A DNA stretch of 64,000 bases from Candidatus Marinacidobacterales bacterium (lineage in GTDB: Bacteria > Acidobacteriota > Vicinamibacteria > Marinacidobacterales > SMYC01). Each line of letters opens with the position of its first letter. Positions within the stretch are counted from its first letter, which is position 1. Position numbers and translations under genes: made by a program. The notes below the pieces were generated by a model. It worked only from the letters and a program-made list of their open reading frames with translations. It did no database searches and was not told the DNA's origin. Of this stretch, positions 34,370-43,479 are shown one piece after another. The stretch covers positions 768,001 through 832,000 of the forward strand of contig CBDCYI010000005.1 in NCBI GenBank assembly GCA_965224085.1, given 5' to 3'.

Positions 34370-34510
34370 AGCTTGCCGGCAACGCCATACGTCGCCCTGC
34401 GCTCCTAGCGCCAGGAATGGACATGCGTGCCGGCAATTCTTTTGTGATGGACATCCAGTGGGGAGTTGCGCTTCGAGCGCCAGTACAGGGGCCGATGAAA
34501 CATCACATGC
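34370..34510 (+). ncRNA. putative IS110 bridge RNA (target-binding and donor-binding loops)
   Basis: Two parallel stem-loops (outer stems TTGCCGGC/GCCGGCAA and TGTGATG/CATCACA), each with an inner GCGCT-NNN-AGCGC hairpin followed by CAG and flanked by guides matching the element junctions; exact ends unknown. Confidence 0.8.
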
Positions 34511-34520
34511 GCTGGCGGAA

Positions 34521-35789
34521 ATGAGTTCTTCCATGAATCAACTCAAATACGACTTCTTCGTCGGTATCGACCTGGGTCAATGGCTTCACTTGGCCAGTGT
34601 GGTCGATGCCAAAGGTAACTTCTTGGCGGAGAGAGGCTTCCCCCATAGCCGCGAAGGACTATCGGGAACCATCGACTGGCTTTTGGAAGAGACCTCGCAA
34701 GATACCGAGCGCATCGCGGTGGCGATCGAAAAACCTCATGGGGCCGTCGTCGAGCTCTTTCTTGACCACGGCATCGCCATTTTCTCCATCAATCCCAAGC
34801 AGGTCGACCGTTTCCGCGACCGGCATTCTATGAGCGGCGCCAAGGATGATCGGCGAGACGCCTTCGTTCTCGCCGATTCGCTCAGAACCGACGGCCACCG
34901 CTTTCAGCGCTTGCATCTCCCACCTACGGAGATCCTCGCTATGCGCGGGTTGCTGAGTACCCGCGACCAACTCGTCAAAAACCATGTGGCCCTCAGCTCG
35001 CAGATCCGAGAACTCCTTACTCGTTGCTGGCCTCACCTCGTCTCGCTCGCGCCAAAGGACAAGGCTCTCGACGCTTTTTTCTGCGAGCTCCTAAAACTCT
35101 TCTTCGAATCCAGCCCCAACCCTCTTAGCCGCCACTCCATTGAGACCCTCGCTCAAAAACACCGCATCCGACGTCTAAAACCCGAGAAGATCCTCGATAC
35201 CCTCAAACAAAAACCTCTCCGGGTCGCAACCGCAACCACTCAAGCTACCGCCGAGCATCTCCAACTACTACTCCAGCAGTTGCTCCTCGTTCGACAACAT
35301 CGTCGTGCCTCCGACCAGCATCTCGAGAAGTGGTTCAAGCGCGTGCAAGCACTAACCGACGAGCATTGCTCCGACCCTGCCATTCTTGCCTCTTTGCCCG
35401 GCGTCGGTGCTTACGTGCTCGCCTCCGTGCTCTGCTATGCCCACGACCCCATTCGGCTCCGTAATCTCAACGCCTTCAGGACTCTCGGCGGCATTGCTCC
35501 TGTCACAAAAAAGAGCGGCAAGCGCGGTCAGTTGCGACCAACGATCCTGATGAGGAGAGCTCGCTCTTTGCCCCTCAATAATGCTCTCCACCATTGGGCA
35601 CGCACTGCCGTTTTGCACGACCCCCACTTCAAAGAACACTACGACCGGCTTCGTGACAGAGGCCACAGCCATGCCAGAGCTCTCAGAGGCGTCATGGACC
35701 GCATTCTCCCCATCGCCATTGCGATGCTTCGACAAGGAACCCTTTACGACCCCTCCCGGTGGCCCACAAAAAAAGCGAATCGCGGATGA
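34521..35789 (+). CDS. IS110 family transposase / bridge recombinase
   Basis: DEDD RuvC-like motifs VGID, AIE, KDDRRDA; C-terminal SLPGVG and APVTKKSGK (catalytic Ser); start 34521 or 34533. Confidence 0.95.
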   Translation: MSSSMNQLKYDFFVGIDLGQWLHLASVVDAKGNFLAERGFPHSREGLSGTIDWLLEETSQDTERIAVAIEKPHGAVVELFLDHGIAIFSINPKQVDRFRDRHSMSGAKDDRRDAFVLADSLRTDGHRFQRLHLPPTEILAMRGLLSTRDQLVKNHVALSSQIRELLTRCWPHLVSLAPKDKALDAFFCELLKLFFESSPNPLSRHSIETLAQKHRIRRLKPEKILDTLKQKPLRVATATTQATAEHLQLLLQQLLLVRQHRRASDQHLEKWFKRVQALTDEHCSDPAILASLPGVGAYVLASVLCYAHDPIRLRNLNAFRTLGGIAPVTKKSGKRGQLRPTILMRRARSLPLNNALHHWARTAVLHDPHFKEHYDRLRDRGHSHARALRGVMDRILPIAIAMLRQGTLYDPSRWPTKKANRG

Positions 35790-35811
35790 CTATTACGAAG
35801 AACGTTTTCTC

Positions 35812-35817
35812 TTGATC
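35812..35817 (+). promoter_or_regulatory. outward-facing -35 box (TTGATC) of the predicted circle-junction promoter
   Basis: On circularisation through one CC core it lies exactly 17 bp from TACGCT (33196-33201). Confidence 0.65.
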
Positions 35818-35846
35818 CGGCGTGGGGAGTCCATTCCCCCTAAAGG

Positions 35847-36179
35847 CTAGATTCCGAGCCGTCGCTTGTCTGGAAGCCGGGCCTCTTTTGGAATGGACTT
35901 CATCCACTTGGAGACGCGGGCGACTATCCGGTCTTTGGTTCTCTCTTTTTCAAGCGGGTCTGGCGACTCGTGCAGGTGGATGTCGAGCGCGATCCTGCCT
36001 GCAGCCTCATCTGCGTAGACACTTCTCTCTCGGGACCATTTACCCTTTACTCTCCACAGCCTGTCTCCACCCATCCATCCCTTTTCCTCAACCCATCTTA
36101 GGCTGTGGATTCTCATGAGGCTCACTTCAATTTCTCGCTCAAACAGCTCCCATCGTTCGGGGTCGTAGCTCGTCTTCAA
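35847..36179 (-). CDS. hypothetical protein
   Basis: 110-aa ORF with GAGGAGG upstream; no recognisable motif. Confidence 0.4.
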   Translation of the reverse strand: MKTSYDPERWELFEREIEVSLMRIHSLRWVEEKGWMGGDRLWRVKGKWSRERSVYADEAAGRIALDIHLHESPDPLEKERTKDRIVARVSKWMKSIPKEARLPDKRRLGI

Positions 36180-36385
36180 AACGCCTCCTCGGGAAAACGA
36201 CTGGAGGAGAGCTCACACGCTTGCGCCTTGATCCGCTCAATGCGCCTCGGTCAGCTTGGTCCAGGCTAATTGATTCTCTGACACAACCCTGCAATTTAGC
36301 ATATCTTGTGGTTCTGGCGTTTGGCAAAGAAGTCTTGACAAGAACGTCTTTTTGAGGCACCTACAGCCGTTCCTCTGAGGACCGG

Positions 36386-36680
36386 ATGCAAGGATTCTCA
36401 CTTTTCGAAGCCCAGGCCGGCACCGCCGCACGGCGTTTTCTCTATTCCTCTATCTTTTGGCTGCTGCTTCCGGGGGCCTTTGGCTTGGTTCTCGCGTCGC
36501 TTCTCTATGTGCCCGAGCTTCACGACCGGCTACCCATGGCGGTCAAGCCCTATCTGAGCTTCGGCCGGCTTCGGCCAACCCATGTGAATTTGACGGTTTT
36601 CGGATGGCTTTCGATGGTTTATTGCGGGGCCATCCTTTATATCTTGCCTCGGCTCACGCGGGCGCCGAGGAAAAGCGCAA
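36386..36680 (+). pseudogene. cbb3-type/heme-copper oxidase subunit I N-terminal fragment
   Basis: LSFGRLRPTHVNLTVFGW...YILPRL, after which homology stops and the frame runs into the convergent LysM gene. Confidence 0.75.
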
Positions 36681-36709
36681 CAGAGAAGAGCCGTTCGGCG
36701 GGCGCACCG

Positions 36710-38746
36710 CTAGTTCGTGCCGGCTGGAGCGTAAATCGTAAGGCGCTCTCCAGCTACGATGCGGTCGGAGCTCATCTGATTCCACCGGCGGATCTCTTCG
36801 ACGGTGACGCTGAAGCGGCGAGCAATCGTCGAGAGCGTATCGCCACGCCGAATGCGATAGCGCGTCGTTGTCGATGCGGAAACTTCGGCTATTGCCGTCG
36901 CTTCACGGACACGAAGCTTCTGGCCGGAAACTATCCGCGTCTGGCGGCTCGAGAAACCGTTCAAGCGCCGCAGCACCGAAAGACCGAGGCCGTGTGCTTC
37001 GGCGATGTGCCCGAGTGTGTCTCCGGGCTGCACGATATAGATGTCGGTGTCGCTCGGCACCAGCGACGAGGACGATGCCGAGCGCGTGTTGCGCGCGGCT
37101 CGCTCGATGACGACGAGCCTTTGACCGGGATAGATGCGGCTTGAGCGCGGCCGCAATCCGTTCAACTCACGCAGCAGTCGAAGTGACATGTTGAACGAGG
37201 TCGAGATCTCACCGAGCGTATCGCCCCGTTGCACGAGGTAGACCTCCTGACCGTTCTCGGCCACCGCTTCTCGCCTCTGCACGGCACGGATGCGCTGGGC
37301 GCCCGCGCCCGGAGGCACGGGAACGGTGAGCACTTGTCCAGGATGAATGAGGGAGCGCCGGCTGATGTCGTTGGCGGCGGTGAGCGCATTCACGGTCGTA
37401 CCATAGCGGCTCGCGATCTGGGACAGCGTGTCGCCGCGGCGGACGACATGCGTCCCGAAACGCACCCGCTCCGCCTCCGGAATCTCTGCGAGCGCGGCGC
37501 GAAACACTTCGGTGGTTCCTTTGGGGACACGCAGGGCGTAATTTTCGCTGTCGAGAGGAGTCACCCAACGGCGGAGCTCGGGGTTCAGAAACTTCATGTC
37601 GTCGACGCTCACGCCCGCGGACTTGGCCGCAGTCGCGAGATCCACGGGATATTCGACACGCACGACGTCATATTCGAGCGGCGCAGTCGTGGGAGGCTCG
37701 AAGCCATACTCCTCGGGGTTTTTGGCGACCACGATCGCGGCGAGAATGAGCGGCACATAGCTCCGCGTTTCGCGCGGGAGCACGCGGCGTTTCGCGTGAA
37801 CCCAGAAATCACGGCTCCCGGTGCGCCGGATCGCGCGCTCTACACGCCTAGACCCGGAGTTATAGGCAGCCATCACGAGATACCAATCGCCAAACTGTTC
37901 GTAGAGGTCCTTCAGGTGGCGTGCCGCCGCGCGCGTCGCTTTTTCCGGATTGAAGCGATCGTCGACCCAAAAATCTTGCCGAAGGTCGTAACGCTGTCCG
38001 GTGCCGCGGATGAACTGCCAGATGCCTCGCGCACCTGCTCGCGACATCGCGCGAGATTTGAAAGCACTCTCGACCATCGCGAGGTAGAGCAGATCCTGGG
38101 GCATGTCTTCTTCGGCAAAGATCTCTTCGATCATCGAGCGGTAATAACCGGAGCGGTCGAGGGCCTCTTGGAACCAATCGTGGCGGCGAAGCTGGTACAT
38201 CTCGATGATGGAGCGCACCCGCGCATTCAGCACGATCGGGATGTCGTAGGTCGCGGTGGGCAGATCGGCCTCCGCCGCGGCACCGACGTCTTCGGGAAAC
38301 TCCTCGAGCGCATCGCTCGTCAGCTCGTCGACGGCCGCGAACTCGAATTGCTCCTGCGCATCCGCATCAAGAGCGCTGCGTTCCGTTTCCTGGACGGTCG
38401 CGATGATCTCGTCATAGAGTTGCGCCGACTCCGGGTAAGCGGCGATGCCACCGGGAGCATCCAAAAGCAGGTCGACCGCGCGATCGAGAGCGAGCCGCGC
38501 TTCGCTCCAATTACCGCGATGCGCGAGCTCCTCGCCTTTGTCGAGCTCGATGCGCGCTTGGCGCACGGCTGCGCGCTGGAGCGATGCTGTGACTTCCGCG
38601 GTCGGCGGCGGTTCGGGTCCAGATGCGGGCTTCTTAGACGAGCAGGAAGCGGCCACCAGGCCAAAAGAACAAATCCATATCCATCGCCAAATCCATGGGT
38701 GGGAAAGCTCCAGCACGCGCAAACCTCCAAGTAGTCTTGCTTTCAC
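36710..38746 (-). CDS. MltD-like lytic transglycosylase with multiple LysM domains
   Basis: Lipobox AASC; AMVESAF, GIWQF, AAYNSG, ETRSYVP; four LysM repeats (GDTL..IA). Confidence 0.93.
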   Translation of the reverse strand: MKARLLGGLRVLELSHPWIWRWIWICSFGLVAASCSSKKPASGPEPPPTAEVTASLQRAAVRQARIELDKGEELAHRGNWSEARLALDRAVDLLLDAPGGIAAYPESAQLYDEIIATVQETERSALDADAQEQFEFAAVDELTSDALEEFPEDVGAAAEADLPTATYDIPIVLNARVRSIIEMYQLRRHDWFQEALDRSGYYRSMIEEIFAEEDMPQDLLYLAMVESAFKSRAMSRAGARGIWQFIRGTGQRYDLRQDFWVDDRFNPEKATRAAARHLKDLYEQFGDWYLVMAAYNSGSRRVERAIRRTGSRDFWVHAKRRVLPRETRSYVPLILAAIVVAKNPEEYGFEPPTTAPLEYDVVRVEYPVDLATAAKSAGVSVDDMKFLNPELRRWVTPLDSENYALRVPKGTTEVFRAALAEIPEAERVRFGTHVVRRGDTLSQIASRYGTTVNALTAANDISRRSLIHPGQVLTVPVPPGAGAQRIRAVQRREAVAENGQEVYLVQRGDTLGEISTSFNMSLRLLRELNGLRPRSSRIYPGQRLVVIERAARNTRSASSSSLVPSDTDIYIVQPGDTLGHIAEAHGLGLSVLRRLNGFSSRQTRIVSGQKLRVREATAIAEVSASTTTRYRIRRGDTLSTIARRFSVTVEEIRRWNQMSSDRIVAGERLTIYAPAGTN

Positions 38747-40482
38747 ACCCGCACGAAAATATTGTGATCGTTGCCGAGCTCACGTGCCGATGGCGTGATG
38801 ACCGTCGCGGGACTGACGGGCAGCTTTCGACCGTCGCTCACGGCGCCCCGTACATCGTCCTCCGAAACGAACTCGAGTGCAACCACTGCCGGGGCGGGCC
38901 CTTCGCTCGACGAAGCGGTCGTCGCCTGGGAAGCCTCAGCTTCGAATGAAGCATCGGAGCCACGGCTCCGAGGCGACGTCACGCCGCGGCTTTCGAGAAA
39001 CGAGGAGACGCGAGATTCGAGCGGGACCTGTCGCGCGCCCGTAGCGGTCGAGGGCACGGCCCGAGGCGGCGGCGCGGTGATCTCCCCCGTATAGCCGTAA
39101 GCCTCGAGCGCTTTGGCGACGTCGACACCGCGAATCTCATAGGCGAGCCGCTTCACGTTGATGAGGTGAAGCGGCGTGATGTTGTCGGAGGTGATGTTCC
39201 CTCCGTAAGAGCCGCAGCCGAGAGTCATCGCGGGCGCGAGCCCTGTGCTGAAGCCCACCGCGCCATGAGTGGCCGACGAGTTGGCCACTATCCGCGAGGC
39301 GGGCTTTTGAAGCGCAAACTCGCGGATGATGTCGTTGTTTTTCGAGTGGATGGAAAGGGTGTGTCCCATGCCTCCGTAGCGGAGCACTTGCTTCGCGCGC
39401 TCGCAGCCCTCTTTCCAGTCCTTGACCACGTAGAAGGCCAAGATGGGCGAGAGCTTCTCGATCGAGAGCGGATAGTCGCGGCCCACTCCGTTGAGCTCGA
39501 CCACCAGGGCGCGCGTGCCTTCGGGCACTGAGGAAGAGAAGCCGACCTTTTCCGCGATGAAGCCCGCGCTCTTCCCGACGATTTCCGGATTGGCGAGCCT
39601 CGACGGCAAGACAGCGACCTGCGCGAGCGTCGCCGCCTGCTCACTCGAGAGAAAGTAGCCGCCTTCGTGTTGCACTTGCTCCCGCACCTCGCGCTCGATG
39701 GCGCGATCGCAGATCAACGCTTGCTCAGAACAGCACAGGGTTCCGTTGTCGTAGCTCTTGCCCGTAATGATGTCGCGCACTGCTTTGGGAACGTCGGCCG
39801 AGGACTCGATATATGCAGGCACGTTTCCCGGACCGACGCCGAATGCGGGTTTTCCCGAGCTATAAGCGGCGCGAACGAGCCCCATCCCGCCCGTCGCCAG
39901 GATCACGGACGTGCGGCGATGGCTCATCAGCTCTTGCGTTGCTTGCAGCGAAACCTCGCTCAAACAGGCCACAATCCCTTCCGGCGCCCCCGCAGCAATG
40001 GCAGCACGCTCCATGACCTCGGTCGTCTTTAGAATGCAGTTCTTGGCCGCTGGATGCGGCGAGAGCACGACGCCGTTGCGTGATTTGAGACAGATGAGGA
40101 TTTTGTAGATGGCGGTCGAGGTCGGGTTGGTCGAGGGGATGACGGCCGCAACAACGCCCACCGGCTCCGCAATCTCGTACACTTTGCGTTCAGGGTTCTC
40201 GCGAATGATTCCGACCGTCTTCATGTCGCGGATGAACGCGTAGAGGTCTTCGGCAGCGAATTTGTTCTTGATGAATTTGTGCTCGACGACACCGTAGCCT
40301 GTCTCTTCGACCGCGAGCTTCGCGAGCTCGTACGACGCGTCGGAGGCCGCGACAGCACTTGCGGCGACGATGCGGTCGACCTCCTCCTGGCTCGAATGCG
40401 CGTAGCTCTCCCAAGCTTCGCGGGCGGCGAGCACCAAGTCGCGCGCTTGTTGTATCGACCGGAGGTCCTTGTCGCTAGCCAT
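38743..40482 (-). CDS. acylating aldehyde dehydrogenase (EutE/PduP-like, BMC-associated)
   Basis: [34 protein letters not shown]; C-terminal extension. Confidence 0.92.
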   Translation of the reverse strand: MASDKDLRSIQQARDLVLAAREAWESYAHSSQEEVDRIVAASAVAASDASYELAKLAVEETGYGVVEHKFIKNKFAAEDLYAFIRDMKTVGIIRENPERKVYEIAEPVGVVAAVIPSTNPTSTAIYKILICLKSRNGVVLSPHPAAKNCILKTTEVMERAAIAAGAPEGIVACLSEVSLQATQELMSHRRTSVILATGGMGLVRAAYSSGKPAFGVGPGNVPAYIESSADVPKAVRDIITGKSYDNGTLCCSEQALICDRAIEREVREQVQHEGGYFLSSEQAATLAQVAVLPSRLANPEIVGKSAGFIAEKVGFSSSVPEGTRALVVELNGVGRDYPLSIEKLSPILAFYVVKDWKEGCERAKQVLRYGGMGHTLSIHSKNNDIIREFALQKPASRIVANSSATHGAVGFSTGLAPAMTLGCGSYGGNITSDNITPLHLINVKRLAYEIRGVDVAKALEAYGYTGEITAPPPRAVPSTATGARQVPLESRVSSFLESRGVTSPRSRGSDASFEAEASQATTASSSEGPAPAVVALEFVSEDDVRGAVSDGRKLPVSPATVITPSARELGNDHNIFVRV

Positions 40483-40493
40483 GTCCACTCGGA

Positions 40494-40784
40494 TTAGGGC
40501 TTGGGCAACACCGCTTCGACATCGCCATAAGGTCTTGGGATGACGTGCACCGCGATGAGCTCGCCCACGCGACGCTCGGCGGCGGCGCCTGCATCGGTGG
40601 CAGCCTTGACCGCAGCAATGTCTCCGCGCACCATGACTGTCACATAGCCGGCGTCGATCGTCTCGTAACCAACGCAATCGACGCCCGCCGCTTTGACCAT
40701 CGCATCCGAAGCCTCAATCGCGGATATGAGGCCGTGCGTTTCCACCATGCCTAGCGCTTTACCCTTTGCAAATGGATCGGCCAT
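40494..40784 (-). CDS. BMC-H microcompartment shell protein (EutM/PduA-like)
   Basis: [27 protein letters not shown]. Confidence 0.95.
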   Translation of the reverse strand: MADPFAKGKALGMVETHGLISAIEASDAMVKAAGVDCVGYETIDAGYVTVMVRGDIAAVKAATDAGAAAERRVGELIAVHVIPRPYGDVEAVLPKP

Positions 40785-41014
40785 TAACTAGACGTGCTCG
40801 TCGCTAAGTTGTTCAAAATGTGGCCCCTTCGATTGGTGACGACTATAGCAAAGCGGTCGAAACCAGGTCAAGAAAAGGAGCGTCCGCGCCCCGTCGCCCT
40901 CAAGATATTGACGGAGGCGAGGCGCTATGACATACTCCCGAGTTTGCTTGCGGAGATGTTGGCGAAAGCCGCAACGGATTCGGGAGCGAACGCAAACGAG
41001 GAGGTTTGTAGGGC

Positions 41015-41927
41015 ATGAAAACGCAACAACCGAGATTCGAGATCTTCCGCGCGACGATCTTGGGCACTCAGCCTCGCCGGCCTAGCCATGGTCGCGTGCG
41101 GTGGAAACGAACCCACGGAGAGGCGGCCCATCACGGCGAGCTTCGAAGTCAACAAGCCCCGGGCGCCCATCGGAAGCCCCATCGAGATCACATATAGCTT
41201 CGACATCGCCGCCGACTCTGAGCCGATTTCGAAAGACTACACCGTGTTCGTCCATTTTCTGGACTCCCACAACGCCCAGCTTTTCACCGACGACCATCAG
41301 CCCGAAATACCTACGAGCGAGTGGAAGGCCGGATCCAAAGTCGAGTATATGCGGACGTTCTTTATCCCGCTATACCCTTATCTCGGCACGGCGACGGTGG
41401 AGCTCGGTCTCTACCTCCCCGGCGAAGGCGGAAGCCGTCTCGGTCTCGACGGCGCCGATAGCGGGCGCCTTTCCTACCGAGCCGGGCAGCTCGAGCTTTT
41501 GGACCAAAAGGAGAATATTTTTCTCGTCTACAAAGAAGGCTGGCACCAGCTCGAATCCGCTCCCGAGAACCCTAACTTGGAATGGCAGTGGACGAAAAAA
41601 GAAGCCGTCTGCTCGTTCCGGAACCCGAAAAAGGAAAGCGTTCTCTATCTCGAAGCCGACGCGAACGTCGAGGCTTTCGAGGAGCCCCTGAACGTTTCCG
41701 TATTGATTGGCGAGACCGAGATCGCCGCGTTCGGCGTGACTGGAAGGGACCCGTTCCTGCAGAAGCTCACCATCCCGGCCGACGCCCTTGGCGAGGAGGA
41801 TTGGGTCGACCTCCGAATCGTGAACAGTACTTCGTTCATCCCGTCGGATGCGGGCGTGGGAGACGACACGCGTGATCTAGGGCTTCGGGTTTATCACTTG
41901 TACATCGATACGTTCGCCGGGACCTAG
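41015..41927 (+). pseudogene. hypothetical lipoprotein, apparent +1 frameshift in the signal peptide (~41062)
   Basis: GAGGAGG RBS before ATG 41015; removing one G from TTGGG gives ...ATILALSLAGLAMVAC, a lipoprotein signal continuing into ORF 41088-41927. Confidence 0.6.
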
Positions 41928-41949
41928 TGCCCTGTATCAGCATCGGGAT

Positions 41950-43250
41950 TTAGCTGTCGTCCTCTGTCAGGTCGAGTTCTAGGCGTAGGCGTGTTTGGGT
42001 GCCTTTTTCTCGGGGCGGGAGCTCGACTCGAATCGCTTTCGAGACCGTGTAGTGCGTGTCGTCACCCACGAGCTTGAGGTTGACGACGACGCCCGACGCC
42101 TCTTCTAGAACTTTGGCAGGGATTTCGACAACGGCAGCGCCTTCGACCAAAACTTTCTCGTCTTCCTTAGGCCCTTTTTTCTTCTTTGCTTTTGCGGTAC
42201 CGAAGGCCATCTCGCGAAGATTCGACAGCTCTCGATCGATGTCGAGTTTCGACTGTGTCCGAACGCGCAAAGGCCGAAGCCCGGCTAATGTTTTAGAGGA
42301 GTCGATTGTCTCCCTCTCGGTCCTGTTCGCGGCGAACTCTATCTGGACCTCGGACGTGTCGCCTGGCGGAGTGGTTGCCGCGGGAAACGTTTTTTCCTCG
42401 ACACGGTCGGCCGCTTCGGGGTCGACATCGTCGAGCTCGGCAAAGGGGGCGTCCCGATAGACGCGCTCGTCGTCTCGTCGCTGGCCGGCTCCGCGACGTC
42501 GATGAGGGGCATCGGAGCGTCCGCCCCGCCAATGGCTTTGTCCGTCATCGTTTCGGGCGGCGACACATCGACCTTGACCGCCGTGGCCTCCACCGCCTCC
42601 GAGTCCTCGACTGCGGGCTCCCGGATGGAGGCGCCGACGAGCACGGGCTCTTCCTGGGTCCCAGAGATCTTTCGGTGCACCGCGGCCAGTGTTTTTTTCG
42701 AGATCGTCTTGAGCGTTTCGAAGACGCCAACGCTGTGGAGCGCGGCCCCTTCCAAAACATCGTAGCCATCGTGGTTCAAATGCCGGTCCAAGGCTTCGAC
42801 GGGCAAGATGTTTCGAAGATCGCGCTTGTTGTACTGGAATATGAACGGAATCTTGTCGAGAGGCTGGCTCAGCTCTTCGAGGTTCTGCTTCAGGTTGTGG
42901 AAGCTCTCGATGTTCGCGTCGAGCGCCACTTCCTGAGAATCCGCGACGAAGACGATCCCGTCGACGCCCTTGAGTACGAGCTTTCGTGTCGTGTTGTAGA
43001 ACACTTGGCCGGGAACGGTGTACAGCTGCAAGCGCACACGCATCCCTCCAATCGTACCTACCTCGAGCGGCAGAAGGTCGAAGAACAATGTTCGATCCGC
43101 CTCGGTCTCGAGGCTCACCATCTCCCCGCGTGAGTCCGGGTCCGTGCGCTTATGGATTTGGTGCAGATTGGTCGTCTTGCCGCAGAGTCCTGGGCCGTAA
43201 TACACGATCTTCGCAGACACCTGCATCGTCGTGTAGTTGAAGAAAACCAC
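41950..43250 (-). CDS. mglA: MglA-family small GTPase with long C-terminal extension (frameshift near 42450)
   Basis: KIVYYGPGLCGKTTNL, DRTLFFD, YTVPGQVFY, QYNKRD; the tail continues in another frame to 41950. Confidence 0.8.
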
Positions 43251-43479
43251 GGGCTGGCTGTACCCTTATTCCTTTGAAACTCAGATAGATAGAGATATCC
43301 AAATCTTAACCGGAGCAACGTGAAGCGTCAAACAATACCCCCGAGCGCAGAGTCTCATCTAAGGGCCCGGAGAAGAATAACTACCGTTATATCTGGATAT
43401 TATTCGCTCCTCGCGCCTTGCCGTACGGGCGCCGTTTACTAGATTGGGCCAAGAATCGGCATTGATTCTTGCCCGGACA

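Larger units (their letters stand above)
33194..35832 (+). mobile_element. IS110-family element with two passenger genes; CC core at 33192-33193 and 35831-35832
   Basis: Left junction CGACGC-CC-TGTAC and right junction GTGGGGAGT-CC-ATTCC match the four guide segments of the internal bridge-RNA-like structure; intact IS110 recombinase inside. Confidence 0.8.

Noticed and set aside
34216-34534. Short ORFs and an upstream extension of the transposase across the bridge-RNA region
   Set aside because: No protein motifs; the region is explained by RNA structure
35824-35839. GGGGA-GTCCAT-TCCCC hairpin as a terminator
   Set aside because: No U-tract, and it spans the predicted IS110 right junction; both halves are better explained by the guide matches
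33256-36370. A larger TG...CA DDE-type transposon enclosing the IS110
   Set aside because: No convincing inverted terminal repeat or target duplication found by eye
37229-38734. Long antisense ORFs (also 48-1226, 14273-15643, 10807-11877 and others)
   Set aside because: Shadow frames of well-supported genes in GC-rich DNA; no motifs
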